The position numbers and the translations under genes are program-made. A DNA stretch of 58,432 bases, the filler included, from Platydemus manokwari (taxonomy: Eukaryota), in the NCBI GenBank assembly GCA_037951405.1. It is 5 parts of 5 records of this genome, joined end to end, with 100 filler letters (N's around TTAATTAATTAA, not from the genome) between each part and the next. Parts side by side here need not be neighbours in the genome. Positions count along the whole stretch, not along the records: positions 9,132 to 17,874 come from JBBMOY011357316.1; positions 17,975 to 32,380 come from JBBMOY011465863.1; 3 more parts are not named here. The stretch is one strand, 5' to 3'. Each line of letters begins with the position of its first letter. Position 1 is the first letter of the stretch. The notes under the pieces were generated by a model that was given only the letters and a program-made list of their open reading frames with translations, had not been told where the DNA came from and ran no database searches. Below, piece by piece: positions 13,040 to 27,310 of the stretch.

Positions 13040-13990
13040 AAACATTTAACCTGGAATTGGTAGGCTTAAGTTAAGAAAAAGGGTCCTTGAGTGTAATGAA
13101 TTTACCTCAAATTTATATGTAATCATAATTTAACGAAATTCTTACATAAATTTCAACTTTATATCAAAAAGAAAGAACATCTAAATTATATTATCAAAAC
13201 AGTCCCATGCTGATAACCGAGACCTTGAAGATGGTTGTGCATATGACGGATCCTGGTTTCTCCCATCTACAATTAAATAAAAAGTATCATTGTAAAAATA
13301 ATATTTTTGTATATTGCGTGGTTATTGCTTCTAGAGTTGCTGCACTCCGGTGGCAAACTGAAAATAAGAATCAATTCCAATTCATACATCTTTCCAGTCC
13401 TTCAACGACCCAAAATCCAGATTTTCAACTTCCGGGATTATACAAATTCTGTTCGTTAACACGTCTATAACCGTCAATTTCGAACTCCATTTGTTCCCAC
13501 TATCCGTCAATGTGTTAATAAATTATTTTAAATATTTAGTTTTATTTTATTACAAATTATTATCATCTTATGATTGTGGGCATGCTTACAGAGGTCATTC
13601 AGTAGCATTTTGTGTGGTCTTCGTATATCACAAATAACTGATATTTAGAATGTCGAAAAGAGACAAGGGTGATTGTTGAACGGAGTACCTATTCCAATTC
13701 CAAAACTTCTTTTGTATTTGTGGCATCTCCGACGGTATGATTTACTTAATTTTGGTGAAATCTTGCCACATCGACAGATTTTGGATCTACGTATCCGATC
13801 TAGAATTCTACCTAGATACTTCAATAAAAAATTCAAAATATTTTCAAAGAATAACTAAACGATATAGACTTTTGCAATACACTACACAAATTTAAAATTA
13901 TATTCTGGGAATCCTTTTTTAACTTTATCCGATTCATAATTAGAGCTATAAGGCCCCAACTTAAAGATTATAGCGAAATCTTCATCTTTT
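13040..13990 (-). mobile_element. Merlin (IS1016/ISXO2-like) DNA transposon remnant, copy 1
   Basis: Zn-ribbon-like ICRCG...RRCHKYKRSFGIGIGTPFN. DDE-region fragments YNPG..SGFWVVEGLER, FLFSVCHRSAATLEAI and KPGSVICT. Nucleotide similarity to 18610-19790. Confidence 0.7.
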
Positions 13991-14104
13991 AGTAATTTTC
14001 AAGTTCCAAAGAATAAGAAATACATGATTAATATTTACTACGAATAGAAAAAAATAAAATTGCACACGTTTATTAAATATAAAATTAACAACAATCATTC
14101 CACA

Positions 14105-16516
14105 TTATACACAATTAAGAGCTTTACGAATAACTTTAAGATTCGTAACTGATTCAGGATTAGTTTTTAAAATTAAATTAGTCAAATTAGCCATGACTTT
14201 TTCAGATAGATTCTGTTCATCATTGGAAGGTTGAAGTTGATAATTTGATAATCGTTGATAGTTAAATGCTTTCAGCTTAACCAAATCTTTCCAACTGTCA
14301 TTCAATAAAATTTGCAAATTTGATAATTCTTTTGTTTTTTCATTATCTTCGATATAGATTTTACCTAAATTAAATTAAAAAATATACAAGATAACACTAA
14401 AAACACTTAACCTGATGTTGATTGGTTCATAGTTATTGATTCTTCTGATCGAAATGATTTCATAATATCTCTTGTTAACGTATTCATTAAATAAAGACTA
14501 AAATCATCACCGAAAGTGACGTCAGGAATTATTTCATTTAAATCTTCGTATTGACATTCTTCTAAACTATTATCCCCATAAGCCCTAATAAGCAAATCAC
14601 TAGTTTCCTTTGAACAATATGCATTTCCTGAATCATAAGATGGACCGAACGAAAAGTTCGATCCATAATCTAGATATGAAAGGACAGTGACTTTATTTCT
14701 CCTATCTTCTTTATACCCTAATAGATTTTGAGTGCCTGATTTTAATTTACCTATTTGATCGCCAATCGTAATAATTCTTTCATTTTCATTGATTTTTCCT
14801 TTGTTGTATGGATTTAAAATATTAAGATAAGTGGCTCTGTCATCAGAATGGATTTTCGAATCATTCGATAAGGAACATTGTGTCGAATCATTTGTTATCA
14901 AAATTTTTGCACCAGAATACAATTTATTTTTAAAACCTTGTATATTCACCAAAGTTGTCTGATAAAGTTTTGCAGCCTCATTCCAGCCTATTGATTTTTC
15001 ATTGAAACAATGAATACCATTGGAGTATAATAACAGAAGATCATTCTCGAGATTATCTAAACTATTCGAATAATAGCCACCCTTCAATCGTCGTTTGATG
15101 ACTTGCATATCAATCTGTTCAGTTAACTAAATGATTGACAGAAACTGTAAAATGTATTCGAAATATTGCTTATAATTACTTGAAATGAAAACGGAGCAAA
15201 ATGATCGACTAATGGATATTGAAAATAGTCTGCCGGATCGTAAGTGATCAATAAATTAATTAAATCCTCTGAAAATTTCTCCAAAGAAAATTTAATATCC
15301 AATGGTAAAAGTGGCACTTTAAAATGGCTTAAATCGGGGATGGGTTTAAATTTTTTAATTTGCGTGCCTGTCACAAAATTACCGACATTTTCTAGACTTT
15401 TATTACTACAATTTCCTTTAACACTGAAATGTTTCGAACTATTGACATTCTGAATGGTGGCAGAAACACCTTGTGACAACTGTCCAAATGATGAACGACG
15501 CTTAGGAACCTTAGTTAATAGATGCGATGAAGAATCTAAGTTGAAAATAACTTTTCAAAATGTTCATCATCACAATAATTTACCTTGATTAGATTTCTTG
15601 CTTGGTGAAGACTCAATTTTCTCTACTACACTTTCCATCAATTTACGTTTTAACTGATCTCGAGGTAAACCAACAAGAAAATATTTATCATTTTCATTTG
15701 ATCTTGATTTATTGGGGCGTTTACTTTTATTCCGATTGCCTAATGTAATACATTCATAAATATAATTATTTTATTTACGCTATAAGAAATAAAATATTCA
15801 TGTTTAAATACCGTAATCATAAAATCAATATATTTGCTTTCATATAGTTATTGTTAAGATTGAGATTATACCAAACTTAAAATTATACAAAAATTACTAT
15901 CGATGATGTAATATTAAAAGCGTTACACAATACATTAATTTTAATAACTTCAAATATTAATTAATTCATTAATTAAGTATTTACTCATAAGATTCACATT
16001 TGCTGTTGAATTTGGCATAGCAAACAAAAACCATATTTTCAAAACAAAATTTATCTTTAAAAAATAAAATATAATTTGCAATTCAAAATCAAAAAAATAT
16101 CCCAAAATACGTCAAAATGTTTATTTAAAAATTAGATTGAAATTTTATTTCTGAAGAATTATTGTTTTGGGTTTTTTGAATTTATCTAAATTTATTGACG
16201 AAATTGGAGAAGTTTCGTCAAAAACAATTGAATGAATAGGTGATTAATAAAGGCAAATGAATATAAGAAACTTAATACTAATTATTTGAAAACCAACTAG
16301 ATTATATGATTTAATTTCAAAACACATTGTACACGTACCATAATTCTGAATATTAATCTTGCATTCCCTATTCCGAGACTCATTAAGGTTTTCATATTGG
16401 GATATTATATCAGAATCAAGTTTATCGCAACCTTCTGTTTCGGTTTCAGATCTTTCTTCATTTTCTTCAGTTGATTCTGATCTATCTAAATTCTTGAAAT
16501 TACTTTTAAACCTCAT
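14105..16516 (-). CDS. BRD7: Bromodomain-containing protein 7/9-like (SWI/SNF subunit), 5 exons, about 554 aa
   Basis: Phase-consistent GT-AG exons: 16516-16339, 15739-15584, 15535-15180, 15126-14412, 14364-14105 (1665 nt). Bromodomain DPADYFQYPLVDHFAP...IDMQVIKRRL..YY...DLLLLYSN..CFN. BRD7/9-specific region GYKEDRRNKVTVLSYLDYG..SFGPSYDS...SKETSDLLIRAYGD. Exon 1 is inferred from phase only, and BRD7 versus BRD9 is not resolvable by eye. Confidence 0.85.
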
Positions 16517-17099
16517 TTAACGTAATCAAAAATATTTTATAAATATTTAACAAATATAGATAATTTGAAATCATTAGAATTGCTTAATAGCTGTGCATTA
16601 ATTCTTACATTATCATCGTCCATATATTGGTAATTGAAATAAATAACACAGAAAAACAATTTTTCATTTTGGAAATAAAGTTAAAATCAAAAATACTAGT
16701 ATATAATGAAACAGTTTAAAATTAATAATAGATATTTATTTCAATTATTTCTATTATTAATTAAAATATTTAAATAAGTTATGAAGAAAAATATTTTAGA
16801 TCTAATAAAACTTCATGCTAATATTAAGAGACTCATTTTTAACACCAACTTTAACATCGCGAATGCTCAATTACGTGGATATCCAAATGTAAATCTGTTT
16901 TTAAAATTATATTATTTTCCCTTGAATTCGGTGAATCCAGTAAATACCCTAAAACAATCATAAAATAAAAATTTTGATTTAAGTAGACCTCAATATCAGT
17001 TTTTGACTGTATACCCTCAATTTATTTAATTACGTATTTAATTATTTTTCCTGATACGTAGTCGCCAGCTGTACAGCTAAACTCCTGATGAATTTTTTT

Positions 17100-17560
17100 T
17101 ATCATGAATTGGTCGTCAAACTGTTTACATCTATCTAAGAAATGTTTTTCGTTTCCCGAAGTGATAAATCCAAGAATTCAGGATTGTCTCAAAATGTACT
17201 TCTCATTCTATCTATAATATTCATTCTATCTTATTAAATTTATCTATGATAACAAATAAGTACACTTGAACAATATCAATTACGAGTTGCTCAAGGAATT
17301 TTGAATTGTGTCGAGGAAGTAAGAATTCTTTTGTTATGCTTTGGTCAATTTTCCTTTTTGCACAGGGCACATATTCCTCTAAAACTTTCTTTATGGTTAC
17401 ACACATGTTAAACCAATAAAATTGTTTTGAATATACGAGAATATCTTATTGTCTACAAAATCGTGTAGTTCTTCATGTAAAAATTTGATAAACTGCCTGA
17501 CAAAATCTCTTGGAATTATCATAGTAGCTCAAGTCCCTTTTCCTATTAACAGTACATCAT
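17100..17560 (-). pseudogene. Retroviral-type (Gypsy-like) integrase remnant
   Basis: IIPRDFVRQFIKFLHEELH...FYWFNM...CAKRK...FLEQLVIDI..YLFVIIDKF: HHCC region plus the start of the catalytic core. Confidence 0.6.
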
Positions 17561-17720
17561 AAGTTACTTTCAAAAAAACTTTAATTTTCTTTGATATTTG
17601 AATAGTTATGTCTTATTTATTCAGCTGTATCGGTCATCCTTACTTCATGGAATTTTATCATTTCAGATTCTGTCAAAATTTTTTAATATCTTATTGTTGG
17701 GGATTCATTGGAATCAATAT

Positions 17721-17874
17721 CTGAAATCATAAATACATAATTAATGAAATATTAAATTCAAAATTTCTTACTTAGTTTATTGACAATCCTGAAATCGTAA
17801 ATACATAATTAATGAGATATTAAATTTAAAAATTTGTACTTAGTTTGCTGACAATTCTGAAGTCAAAACATATG
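17721..17874 (+). repeat. 68-bp tandem repeat (about 2.3 copies, runs into the scaffold end)
   Basis: CTGAAATC.TAAATACATAATTAATGA.ATATTAAATT...TACTTAGTTT..TGACAAT starts at 17721, 17789 and 17857. Confidence 0.85.
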
Positions 17875-17974
17875 NNNNNNNNNNNNNNNNNNNNNNNNNN
17901 NNNNNNNNNNNNNNNNNNTTAATTAATTAANNNNNNNNNNNNNNNNNNNNNNNNNNNNNNNNNNNNNNNNNNNN
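17875..17974. other. Artificial scaffold-joining spacer
   Basis: 44 N + TTAATTAATTAA + 44 N. Confidence 0.97.
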
Positions 17975-18609
17975 GAAATGTATCGAATCCAATGGGCTTT
18001 ATTTTGATTAATAAACTTATTTTTTAAGCGAGTTATAGTCTTTTAAAGTTGATGTTAGATAACGGCCATTATTTTTGCACCAACCTAATATATATTTATT
18101 AGTAATACGAACTGTGAGATGGCCTGTGAAGATTTGAATGACAGCGAAGACTAAATCTTGGAATCTTAATCACTGTCAAATTATAATTTTATTAAGATCA
18201 TCAATAAACGACTGGAAAAATTTATTTGATGAATATACTGTAAATAGTTTCATATTTAGAACTAAACCACCGACATTCACAATATAGTTCATTCTACTCA
18301 TCAGTATTTTAAAGAACTCTGAACCCACCTTTTCATAAAATAGGCCTTCTGTAGATTTTGTCTGCATGGAATATGAACCATTTGCAAAATGGGATCCTAC
18401 ATGCAACAACAATAGACTGCATAGACTGCAAAGATATCAGACATCAACACAATAATAGAGTTTGTAGAGTTTTGACCGATTTAAGAGTGTTCGTACAGTT
18501 ATCATTTGAACCAATAGATAAGTTCTGTCCGATCAGAACTTAATTAAATTTAATAAATTAAATAAAGTTAATTTAAATTTTAATTTTCTAAACACATTAT
18601 CAAAATTTT

Positions 18610-19790
18610 TGTTTAACTCCAGAAAATGCGGGTAAAGTTAAGAAAAAGTGATTTTGACCCAATTTTAATTATAATGTATTTCCGTGCATAATTTAATATA
18701 AAAAATTTGTTTTTAATCATAATTTAATGAAATTTTGATTAAAATTCAATTTTAGATGAAATTGGAGAGAAAAGCTCTAACAATCCTTATATATTATAGA
18801 TCATGGTTTCACAAACATACAATAAAATAAGATTATCATTTTAAATATAAAATTTCTTTATAACTTGTATTTATTGCTTTTAAATTCGATGCGCTTCGAC
18901 TGCGGACTGGAAATAATAAGCAATTCTTCTTCTTGTATCTTTCCAGTCCTCAATCGATCAAAATTCCAGATCTTTGAGGTCCTCGATTATATTTCTCCCT
19001 CCAAAATAGGCCTCATCAATTTTCACGACTTTATTTTTGCCACCGATAATTTTTCTGTGCCGCACTTTTTGTTCAAAAGCCTGGAATCAACAAATTTTGT
19101 AAGTAAATAAATTATATTAAATTCTAAGCTTTATTTTATTAAAAATTATTACCATTACGTAATCGTTGGCTTGCTTACGGAGGTCATTTGATAACACGCT
19201 TTTGTGTGGCTCCTGTGCATCACAAACAACTAATATTGAGAAAGTCGAATTGTTGAACCAAGTCCGTTATTCGAATTTCAATACTCCTTTTGCATTCGTG
19301 TCATCTCCAACTATATGATTTACTTGATTTAGATGAAATCTTCATTGTATTTCACATTGACAGATTTTTCATCTATGTATCCAATCTATTAAATAAACAT
19401 TTATGCACTTATTTTGAGTTAAAATATAATTGAATCGCATCTTTGAATAATTTCTATATCACTTTTTTATAAAATGATTGCATAAATGTTGGATATCGTT
19501 CCATTTGCTTCTAATCTAAAATAAGGGGTCCTCGGTAATTTTCAAATTATTACTTTTTCATCTACTTTGACCCATTTTTTAAATAATTTATTTCTCAGTG
19601 GATTTTAAAACTCCTGTGTATATAATATTCGATCGTAAACAACAAAAATTCTTCTCAAGTACTTAACTAAAAAATTCAAAATTTTTTTAAAGAATTTAAT
19701 TAAATAATCTATATATATTTTTGGCACTCACTCCACAAATTAAAAATTTTATTTTAGCACGCTTTATTAACTTTAGCCAAAAATTCTACT
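18610..19790 (-). mobile_element. Merlin (IS1016/ISXO2-like) DNA transposon remnant, copy 2, with introns
   Basis: IIGGKNKVVKIDEAYFGG[RK]YNRG...GLER...LLFPVRSRSASNLKAI...FVKP*SIIYKDC is the Merlin IGG..VEIDE..FG.RKY.RG signature. Zn-ribbon exon lies upstream. Apparent GT-AG intron at 19152-19081. Confidence 0.8.
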
Positions 19791-21499
19791 CAATTTATGC
19801 AGTTACTGATAAACAAATATAATGTCGACCGATCCGAGAACAAGTGTCTGAACAGCTTTAAGTTATTTAGTAGATTTTAATATACGATTTCAAATTCACA
19901 ATTCGACAACAAACTCTTTATCAAGAATAACATTTTAACGATTCCACAAATAATTCATCCCAATATATTCTATCAAAAGCTTCTCCACAAAAACTATTCT
20001 CAGTAGGTTTCTTGTAAAAGAGCTTCTCGAAGATATTTTTGCAATTTTCTAACTGAATTAGTTCAATATTTATATTATTTTCATAGTGCTCAATTATATT
20101 TGGTTCATTCAATTATTTATCATTTTCATTTTCTAAGCTTAAATTCTTTAACATTATTGGCCCTTATGTTGACTTTAGTGGTTTCTATTTTATAATTTTT
20201 TATACATAATTTTTTTTATACATACATAACCACGATATGATTCAAATAGTTGTTTACGTATTTGTCGCTTAAATTTGAAAGTTGACGACTTTTAAAATTA
20301 ATCAATTTAAACAATTTATAATTTTAAAGGTAAATTCGTTTATATTAAATTATTTTACTATTTTGTATCGTTTCAAATGTAATCTCTACTGATATCATGA
20401 TATAATTTATATTATTGAGTATGTTATTATTTAATTTTATAAATAATTATTATGTCATTTTATTATTTAATTACATTTCGAAAAACAGAGGCAATTTAGA
20501 ATTAATTTCAAAGACTTGAAAGTTCAAAAATTTCCTCAAAACCAATTGATGCTTCTTCAGGACTTTTCTAGCATGTTTTACGCAGATATTCACCTCTGCT
20601 CCGCATATAGGTCAAGAGTTAGTATAATTATAACTTGGTTTGGGACTTTAACGCTAAAGAGTTGCCAGGTTCTCTCAAAACATTCATTGCTCATTGTTAT
20701 TTTAAAGATTTTAAATTTATTTTTGCTTGCACAATTGTTGATGTTTCATAAATTGGCTATTTATTAGCAATGCACGGTTTTAAATATCAGTTGACTTTGT
20801 ATATTTATCAGGTTTTGGTTTTGTTTTACTTATAGGTTTCCATATTAGACAGGTTTGTAATTTTGATATTTTTTTTGCAGGTTCATGTTTATTAACCAGC
20901 AAGTTAATAATCGAAAATGATTTGATAAATATTTGTGCAGGTGATTCAATCAAAAGTGAGAAATTTAAAATAATGTAACAGTTGCCACAGCAGTTCTATA
21001 AGACAATTTTAATTTTAAAAAGTAGGTCTCATTCTAATATGAGTTCTAAAATAAATTTGTGGATGTTACAGCAATCAACGCGACAATTATTTTAAATGGT
21101 TGTACTCTTATTAGTAAGAAAAATATGAATTCACTAATTATAAATTAATTAATTAATTAAATATATAATAAATAATTCCAAAATGTGATTACCAAGCGAA
21201 GTTTTCTGAAATAATTATTAATTCCGAATAACAAATCGGCCATATTTAGTAATTCTAACTTGAAAACAAGATGAATAATCACTTCATCGTGGTAACCGGG
21301 CTTGATGAGGCGGTGATACAGAGAAGTGATTAAAAATTAATTATAAAGTAATAATATTGACCTGGAAGTAACCAATAAAACTCTATCCAATTAAAATTAA
21401 AAGACAGAAAAGAATCCCTTTATATAAATTAGTGAAAATCAGGGAAGAGACAAAGAAAAAGGGTTCAAAAATTGTATCTGCAAATAATGTGTATTCTTG

Positions 21500-23800
21500 G
21501 AATCTATGTTGTGTGTGTTGTTGAGAGCCAGCATGATTAAACCATCATTGATTCTGGTTTATACAATCGTACCATTAAAACATTTTCCACTTCACGGTAC
21601 CTTATTTATGTTACAAGTCAGATAATGTTGGGATTTGATCACACTTTCTATTAAACTTTAACAAACTTCCATTAAATATTTTACAAGTTTGATGGGTTGT
21701 AAGTTTTGTTGATGATTGATGAACTCACACTCAATTAATAATCAATTCAAGGCAATGATTATCGAAGCTTTCTGATCTCTGATAATTCCAGAATTAACTG
21801 TTATTATTTTCTTTGACTTGCACTGGCAATTGCTCACTTTTCATAGCATCTAATGATTTATTCAACTTCAACAGATCTACCAAATCACCGCTAAATATAA
21901 ATCCAAGGTACTAATATGAATATGATGACGAATAATGTTATCTATGTAATTATGAGAATAAAGTTATTATGGAAATTCTGAAATAAGTTGAAGGTTTATT
22001 GCTAGCCTTTATTGTCACCACTATTTATATTAATCCATCATTTCTTGGTGATGTGATAAATTCGAAACACTACAGAAACAGTAATTATATTAGAAATGAT
22101 ATCAAATGATCAAATTTGATTAAACCAAATTTTTCTTTATCGCAATGGGTTATGCAAATCGAATTCAAAGCAATTTCATTGTTAGTTATCATGTTAAGAA
22201 ATTTTTATGACATTAACCATTGTAAAATCATACATGTAGTTACTTATTAAGATAACTTATACAAATTTAAAGGAAAGAGGATTTGAGAAAACAAATCAGC
22301 GCGGAAACTGGAAAACACCTAATTCATCTTTATTGCATAAAATCCACAATTAAAATAAAGAATTGCTTCAAGATAGGGGAATAAACATTCATGCATAAAT
22401 TGTCAGCCATATAAATCTGATGATTGGTACAAGCCAAAACTTGTTTAATGATAGTTTGAGTTATTAGTGTTTTGTGTTATCAATTTGAAGATATATTGTA
22501 AACATTGTCATCGTTGAGCTAAATTATATTCCTTATTAACCAAAATAATACCAAATTTTGAGGAAAAATAATAGCCTGTGATTTTTCGCGGTAATGTTAA
22601 TTGAAACTTTGATAATTATGAGGGCTATGATGGTTTGATGATTGGGCCTTTGGTTGATCACCAATAATGATGACTACTGCTCAGTCATCAGTATTAGATA
22701 GAACCTCGAATACATTGTATTATAGTTCACCCAGTGTATTTAAAATTTAAACCATTCCAATATCTTGTACTCTATTCTGGGTTTCTTATGATCTATTTCA
22801 ATTGTTTAATTTGACATTGACCTGCTTAATTCGAAAGGTGCTCATTGCTTTCTCTAGTTGATTAATTTTCTGTAATCAATAATTTTGTAATATCAGGTTT
22901 GGTCGTAAATTTAAATTCTTTGTAAAGTCATTTGTTGAATAATAATTCTTACAATTATTTATTATGGAATAATTATAGTATCATTATATTCTTCTAAGTC
23001 ACATCTCCATTTCCAGTAATGGCATAAAATCAAACAAATTTTACAATCCCAGAGTTATGTCAAACGTTGCTAAAGTTTGGCAAGGTGCAATCCATTTTAA
23101 TTTTAATTCGAAATTTATAATTAATATCTTTCCAGATCTATCCAACCAATTATGATGATCATTGAACTTTGTTCCTCATTAGAGATCAAGTGAATGTTAT
23201 GGATTGTTGGGTCACCAAGAACCCGAGAATAAACATTAAATAAGGACTTTAATTTTCTTCTGAATACATAAAATTCTTTTAAAAAATCTGAACTAAATAT
23301 TCTAATATTTTCCTCTAATTTTTATATAATAATTTCCTTAATAACTCGATTGATTAGTGATTTGATTTTTATAATTGAAGTAGATAAAAATAAAATTTTA
23401 AAAAATAATATTTATTACACATAATCAAGTTCTTCTTGAGGCTGTGGGAAATCCCACAGTACTGTTTGATTTGATAATATTATTTTGTTTTTCGCTTTTA
23501 TTCTTAGTCATGGTTTGGAAATGCTTCTACAACCCATGGTTGGCGGCAGCACTGAATGTTGGAACTTGCCATTGATATTTTTGGTTTTTTGAATTTTTTG
23601 TTGAAGAGAGTTGATGAAATAGACTGTTAGTAGAGGTTCGATTGCGAATATATTAGACCAATTTACTGATATTGATAAATTGTGAGTTTGTGTTGGAGGT
23701 ACTTCATTGATTGTTATTTGTTGAGTATTGAACGCAGAGTTCGTAGAGTAATCCATCACTTGGCCATAGATAATTGAATTGAATAGAATATATCAGAGAT
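21500..23800 (-). pseudogene. Possible very decayed non-LTR retrotransposon (LINE)
   Basis: Only fragments: YLGFIFSGD (about 21900, RT YLG motif) and VLGDPTIH (about 23210, cf. APE GDFN). No long ORF. Confidence 0.3.
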
Positions 23801-26299
23801 CTATAGACCTCTGGTGACAGTCTGATCAGTCAGGCTTGAGCATCTGGAAAAGGAGAAGGAGGGTTCCATTACTGAAGGGTGATCTTCTTATTCCGGTGAG
23901 CCCACTTTTGCTATATTCAATTTCCAAAGCTCAATGTTCAGGTTCAGATTGCTGTCAGAAGATGTAGTGCTTTGTTTGAGTGTGTGTGAATTTAAATCGG
24001 TATCTAGGGATCTTTTTCTCAGATAGGTATTGGTGGGACGTCATCGATTGGCAAGTTTTTGGATGTGGTTGATGTATTCGAATTCATGTCATTTGAGTTT
24101 TGGTGGATTGTTTTATTGTTTTTTTATACGTTTTACCAATATATTATATTCCACATAAATTTTAATAGAAACTTATAGTAAATGCGGGAAAGAAGAAAAA
24201 TTAAAGTGAAAATTTTCATTTTGTCAGATAGTTTAAACACAAAATAAAAAATTCTCCATCAAAATAACTTTTCATTGATTTTTCGATGTTTGGCCTATCT
24301 GAAATGTTTATATATTAATGAATCTCGAGTATTCTAAACTGTTTCTGACCAGTTTCACTTATTTCATTTATTTGAAATGTTGGCCCATGCGTCATATTTT
24401 AATAAAATATTTTCGTTAAATATAAATTTTTGAAATCAAAAATAAACGATCAACTGGCATTGAAATTTTATTTGGTGAACGAATCATTGAAAGATTTTGC
24501 AAAATATTTTGTCATTATTAAAAAGCATTATTGAGAAAAGAGATAATTTACATAATAGTATAGATTCAAATGATATGGATTCCTCTTAATCTATCGCCAG
24601 TCAGTCTTTGTAAATAATCACCGTAACTTGTATTCAAAATATTCATAATCAATCCATTCTCAAAGTCTACAAATAATTCTTGAGTAAACAAGCGGCTATC
24701 AATGATTCAGATAAGTGATGAGCTTAAAAATTATAATTATCATTTTTATTTATAAGAATTCGAAGAGCAATTTTCCATTTATCATAATAGATTACTAATA
24801 TAAATTCGCTGTGATTTCATTCGAAGGACAAGCGGCATATAAAACTGTAGAAAAAATAATAATGACCAAATGTGAAGTAAAGAGAAATACTTGTGAATGA
24901 ATAATTTCAGTAAATAAATGGATACTATAATAGAATAGTTGAGTGTAACAAAAAAGGAAAAAAAAATAGAGATTGAGAACTGTTAACAACGACAAGATTA
25001 ATGCTCTACTTCAATAGCAAAATAGAGGAGAATGAAAAGATGCTCAGAGCTTTTAGTTCATTTGATCAATGGAAGATATAGAATTCCGAATCGGAATCGT
25101 CAAGACATCCAACTATAACTAAAAAATACAGCCTAACAGATAATCAAAGTAATAAGGAGAAAATGGCTTTTGAAACGTGGCAGCCTTGCAGTAAGTTTTT
25201 AAAAAAAGATCGAAAGAAGCTGAAAAAGGAAAAGTGGCTAAAGTCAAGGGCTTCGCAGAAGCTGGAAAACATCGATTTGGGTTTTGATGTCTGCCAAATC
25301 AAAAGGAGTTTCATATCTCGATTCAATTGCTCAAATCCAAAGGAACAAAGACTATCTGGCTATTCATTTGACTTTATTGTCAATGGTATTCGATTATATT
25401 TTTGTATAGTTCTGATTATTTCTGGAAGTTGTGATAATTTTTTGAAAATACCTGTTTATTATTTGTATGAAAGGAATAAAATTTAATAAATTAACAATAA
25501 TTTGAAAGGGGATAAAAGAAATAATATCAATAAATTGGAGTGAATAAGGTATAGCAGGCCAAAAATACAACCTGAATAATGTTACGGTGCCCGAAAAATT
25601 GAATAAAATTTTGTAATGTTTGAATTATTCGTCGAGTACCAAGTATCCAAGCTGAATTGATTTTAAAAATGCGAGCGAAAATAAGAATATCGCTCATTAA
25701 TTACTGTTAAAAGAATATTTAATAATATTCAGTCGTCAATCGCTGTAATTAGCACGAGGAAATAAAGAATAATTAGCAGGAAAACCTAACAATGAAATTA
25801 AATAATTACTAAATAATCTTCCTTTTAAAACTTATTAATTAGCAAAAGGAAGAAAGAATTATTTCGCTTTATATTCAAGTTTTCTAAATAATTGTGGTTT
25901 ATTTCGAATCGATAATTTGCGCTAATTGCCAAATTTAGACTTTATTCTAACTGTCGTTTTATCGGTTTTTCAACTAGGCGAAATTTTGATTTTAGCGTTG
26001 GTTTAAATAGTAATTTCATTTATGTACTTTGACCCGATGATTAATAACAATTTTATGCGTTATTTATTTTTCGGTGCCTTGTACCATTAATCATATTTTT
26101 GTACAATCATATTTTTTAATCGTTTTTCACTCATTTTAATTATTACATTGGCTTTATTTTTTTCTAAATAACTTATTTTATAAATAATAAATATATTTTA
26201 CAAAAATTTTATATATAATTTTGAAAAATAATCGATTTATAAGATATACTACAAATGCGACTTCAATGTAAATCATTATTGTAGAAATTGTACTCAATT

Positions 26300-27310
26300 A
26301 TCAAAGAGTCTGACGAAAATGATTTTTTCAATCGAATACCTAGATAACAACTTGATTGTATTTATATTGGGATTTGAATTTGAATTAAAAAGATTGGAAC
26401 TTAGACATCAAGATCCAGTCTCTATTTTTTCTACCTTTTATTACTCTTTATCCGCTCGATGTCTCTATTATTTTCAGCTAATTTCAACGATTATTCAGTG
26501 CACTCCACTGTTGGTAGTGTTATAAGCAATTTTTCTTTGTCGCTTTTCTTCTATGTTAGCATATATTTATTAGATATTGTGACATATATTGCCGATTATG
26601 TTTCGGTATTTCTTTATTTCTACTGTTCGTATGAACTAATGCAGTTATAGGCATCTTTTCATTATCTGATTCACTTTCCCGGTATAAGAGAATTTTGACA
26701 AGTATTAATTCTTCCCACCCTTTTGGATTTTTATTTCTTGATTCCTCTAAAATAAACACAAGCCAAGTTCTATACACCTAAAATCAGTAAGGCGGACCAA
26801 TTATTTCTTGAGATCTCAACAAGGTAACTCCAAATGTGGTTTCATAAAATCTAATCTCGTTTCAGTTAATTTGTACGACTACTTGCTGTAAACTAAAATA
26901 TAATACAACAAATTTTTATAAATTATTATGTTGGTTTTTGGGGAAAATAAAATGAAAGAAATTAGATTTCATTAACTAACACATTTATTTTCATCAAGAA
27001 CTCACGATGTTGAGAATAAAGGATAATTTAACATCAGAAACACAACAAATTTATCAAAATATTGTAAAATAAATTAATATAAATTTCAATTTCCCGCTTC
27101 TTGTTTTGAAGGTATTACAAAGAACAAGTGCCAATAACAACTCAGTGAAAACATTTAGAACTTCATTTCTAATTTCATTATTTTGACCAAAGAGTAATTA
27201 GCGTGCTGAGTTTAAGATTCAGTTGTATAATTTAAAACTTTCCTCGACTTCAATAGTTTGATTCTGGTTGAGTGCCCATTTTACAGGGGTGCGATCAATC
27301 TGAACAAATT
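26300..27310 (-). pseudogene. Decayed Gypsy RNase H/integrase remnant
   Basis: FVQIDRTPVKW (cf. TDHxPLKW), EIRNEVLNVF (cf. HHCC helix), PKGWEELI...YRE...P..LV (integrase C-terminal part). Confidence 0.4.

Noticed and set aside
10655-17874. Short tandem repeats as CRISPR-like arrays
   Set aside because: Head-to-tail units with no unique spacers, no cas genes, and a eukaryotic context.
25580-26090. Imperfect inverted repeats, possible MITE
   Set aside because: Too degenerate, with no clear TSD.
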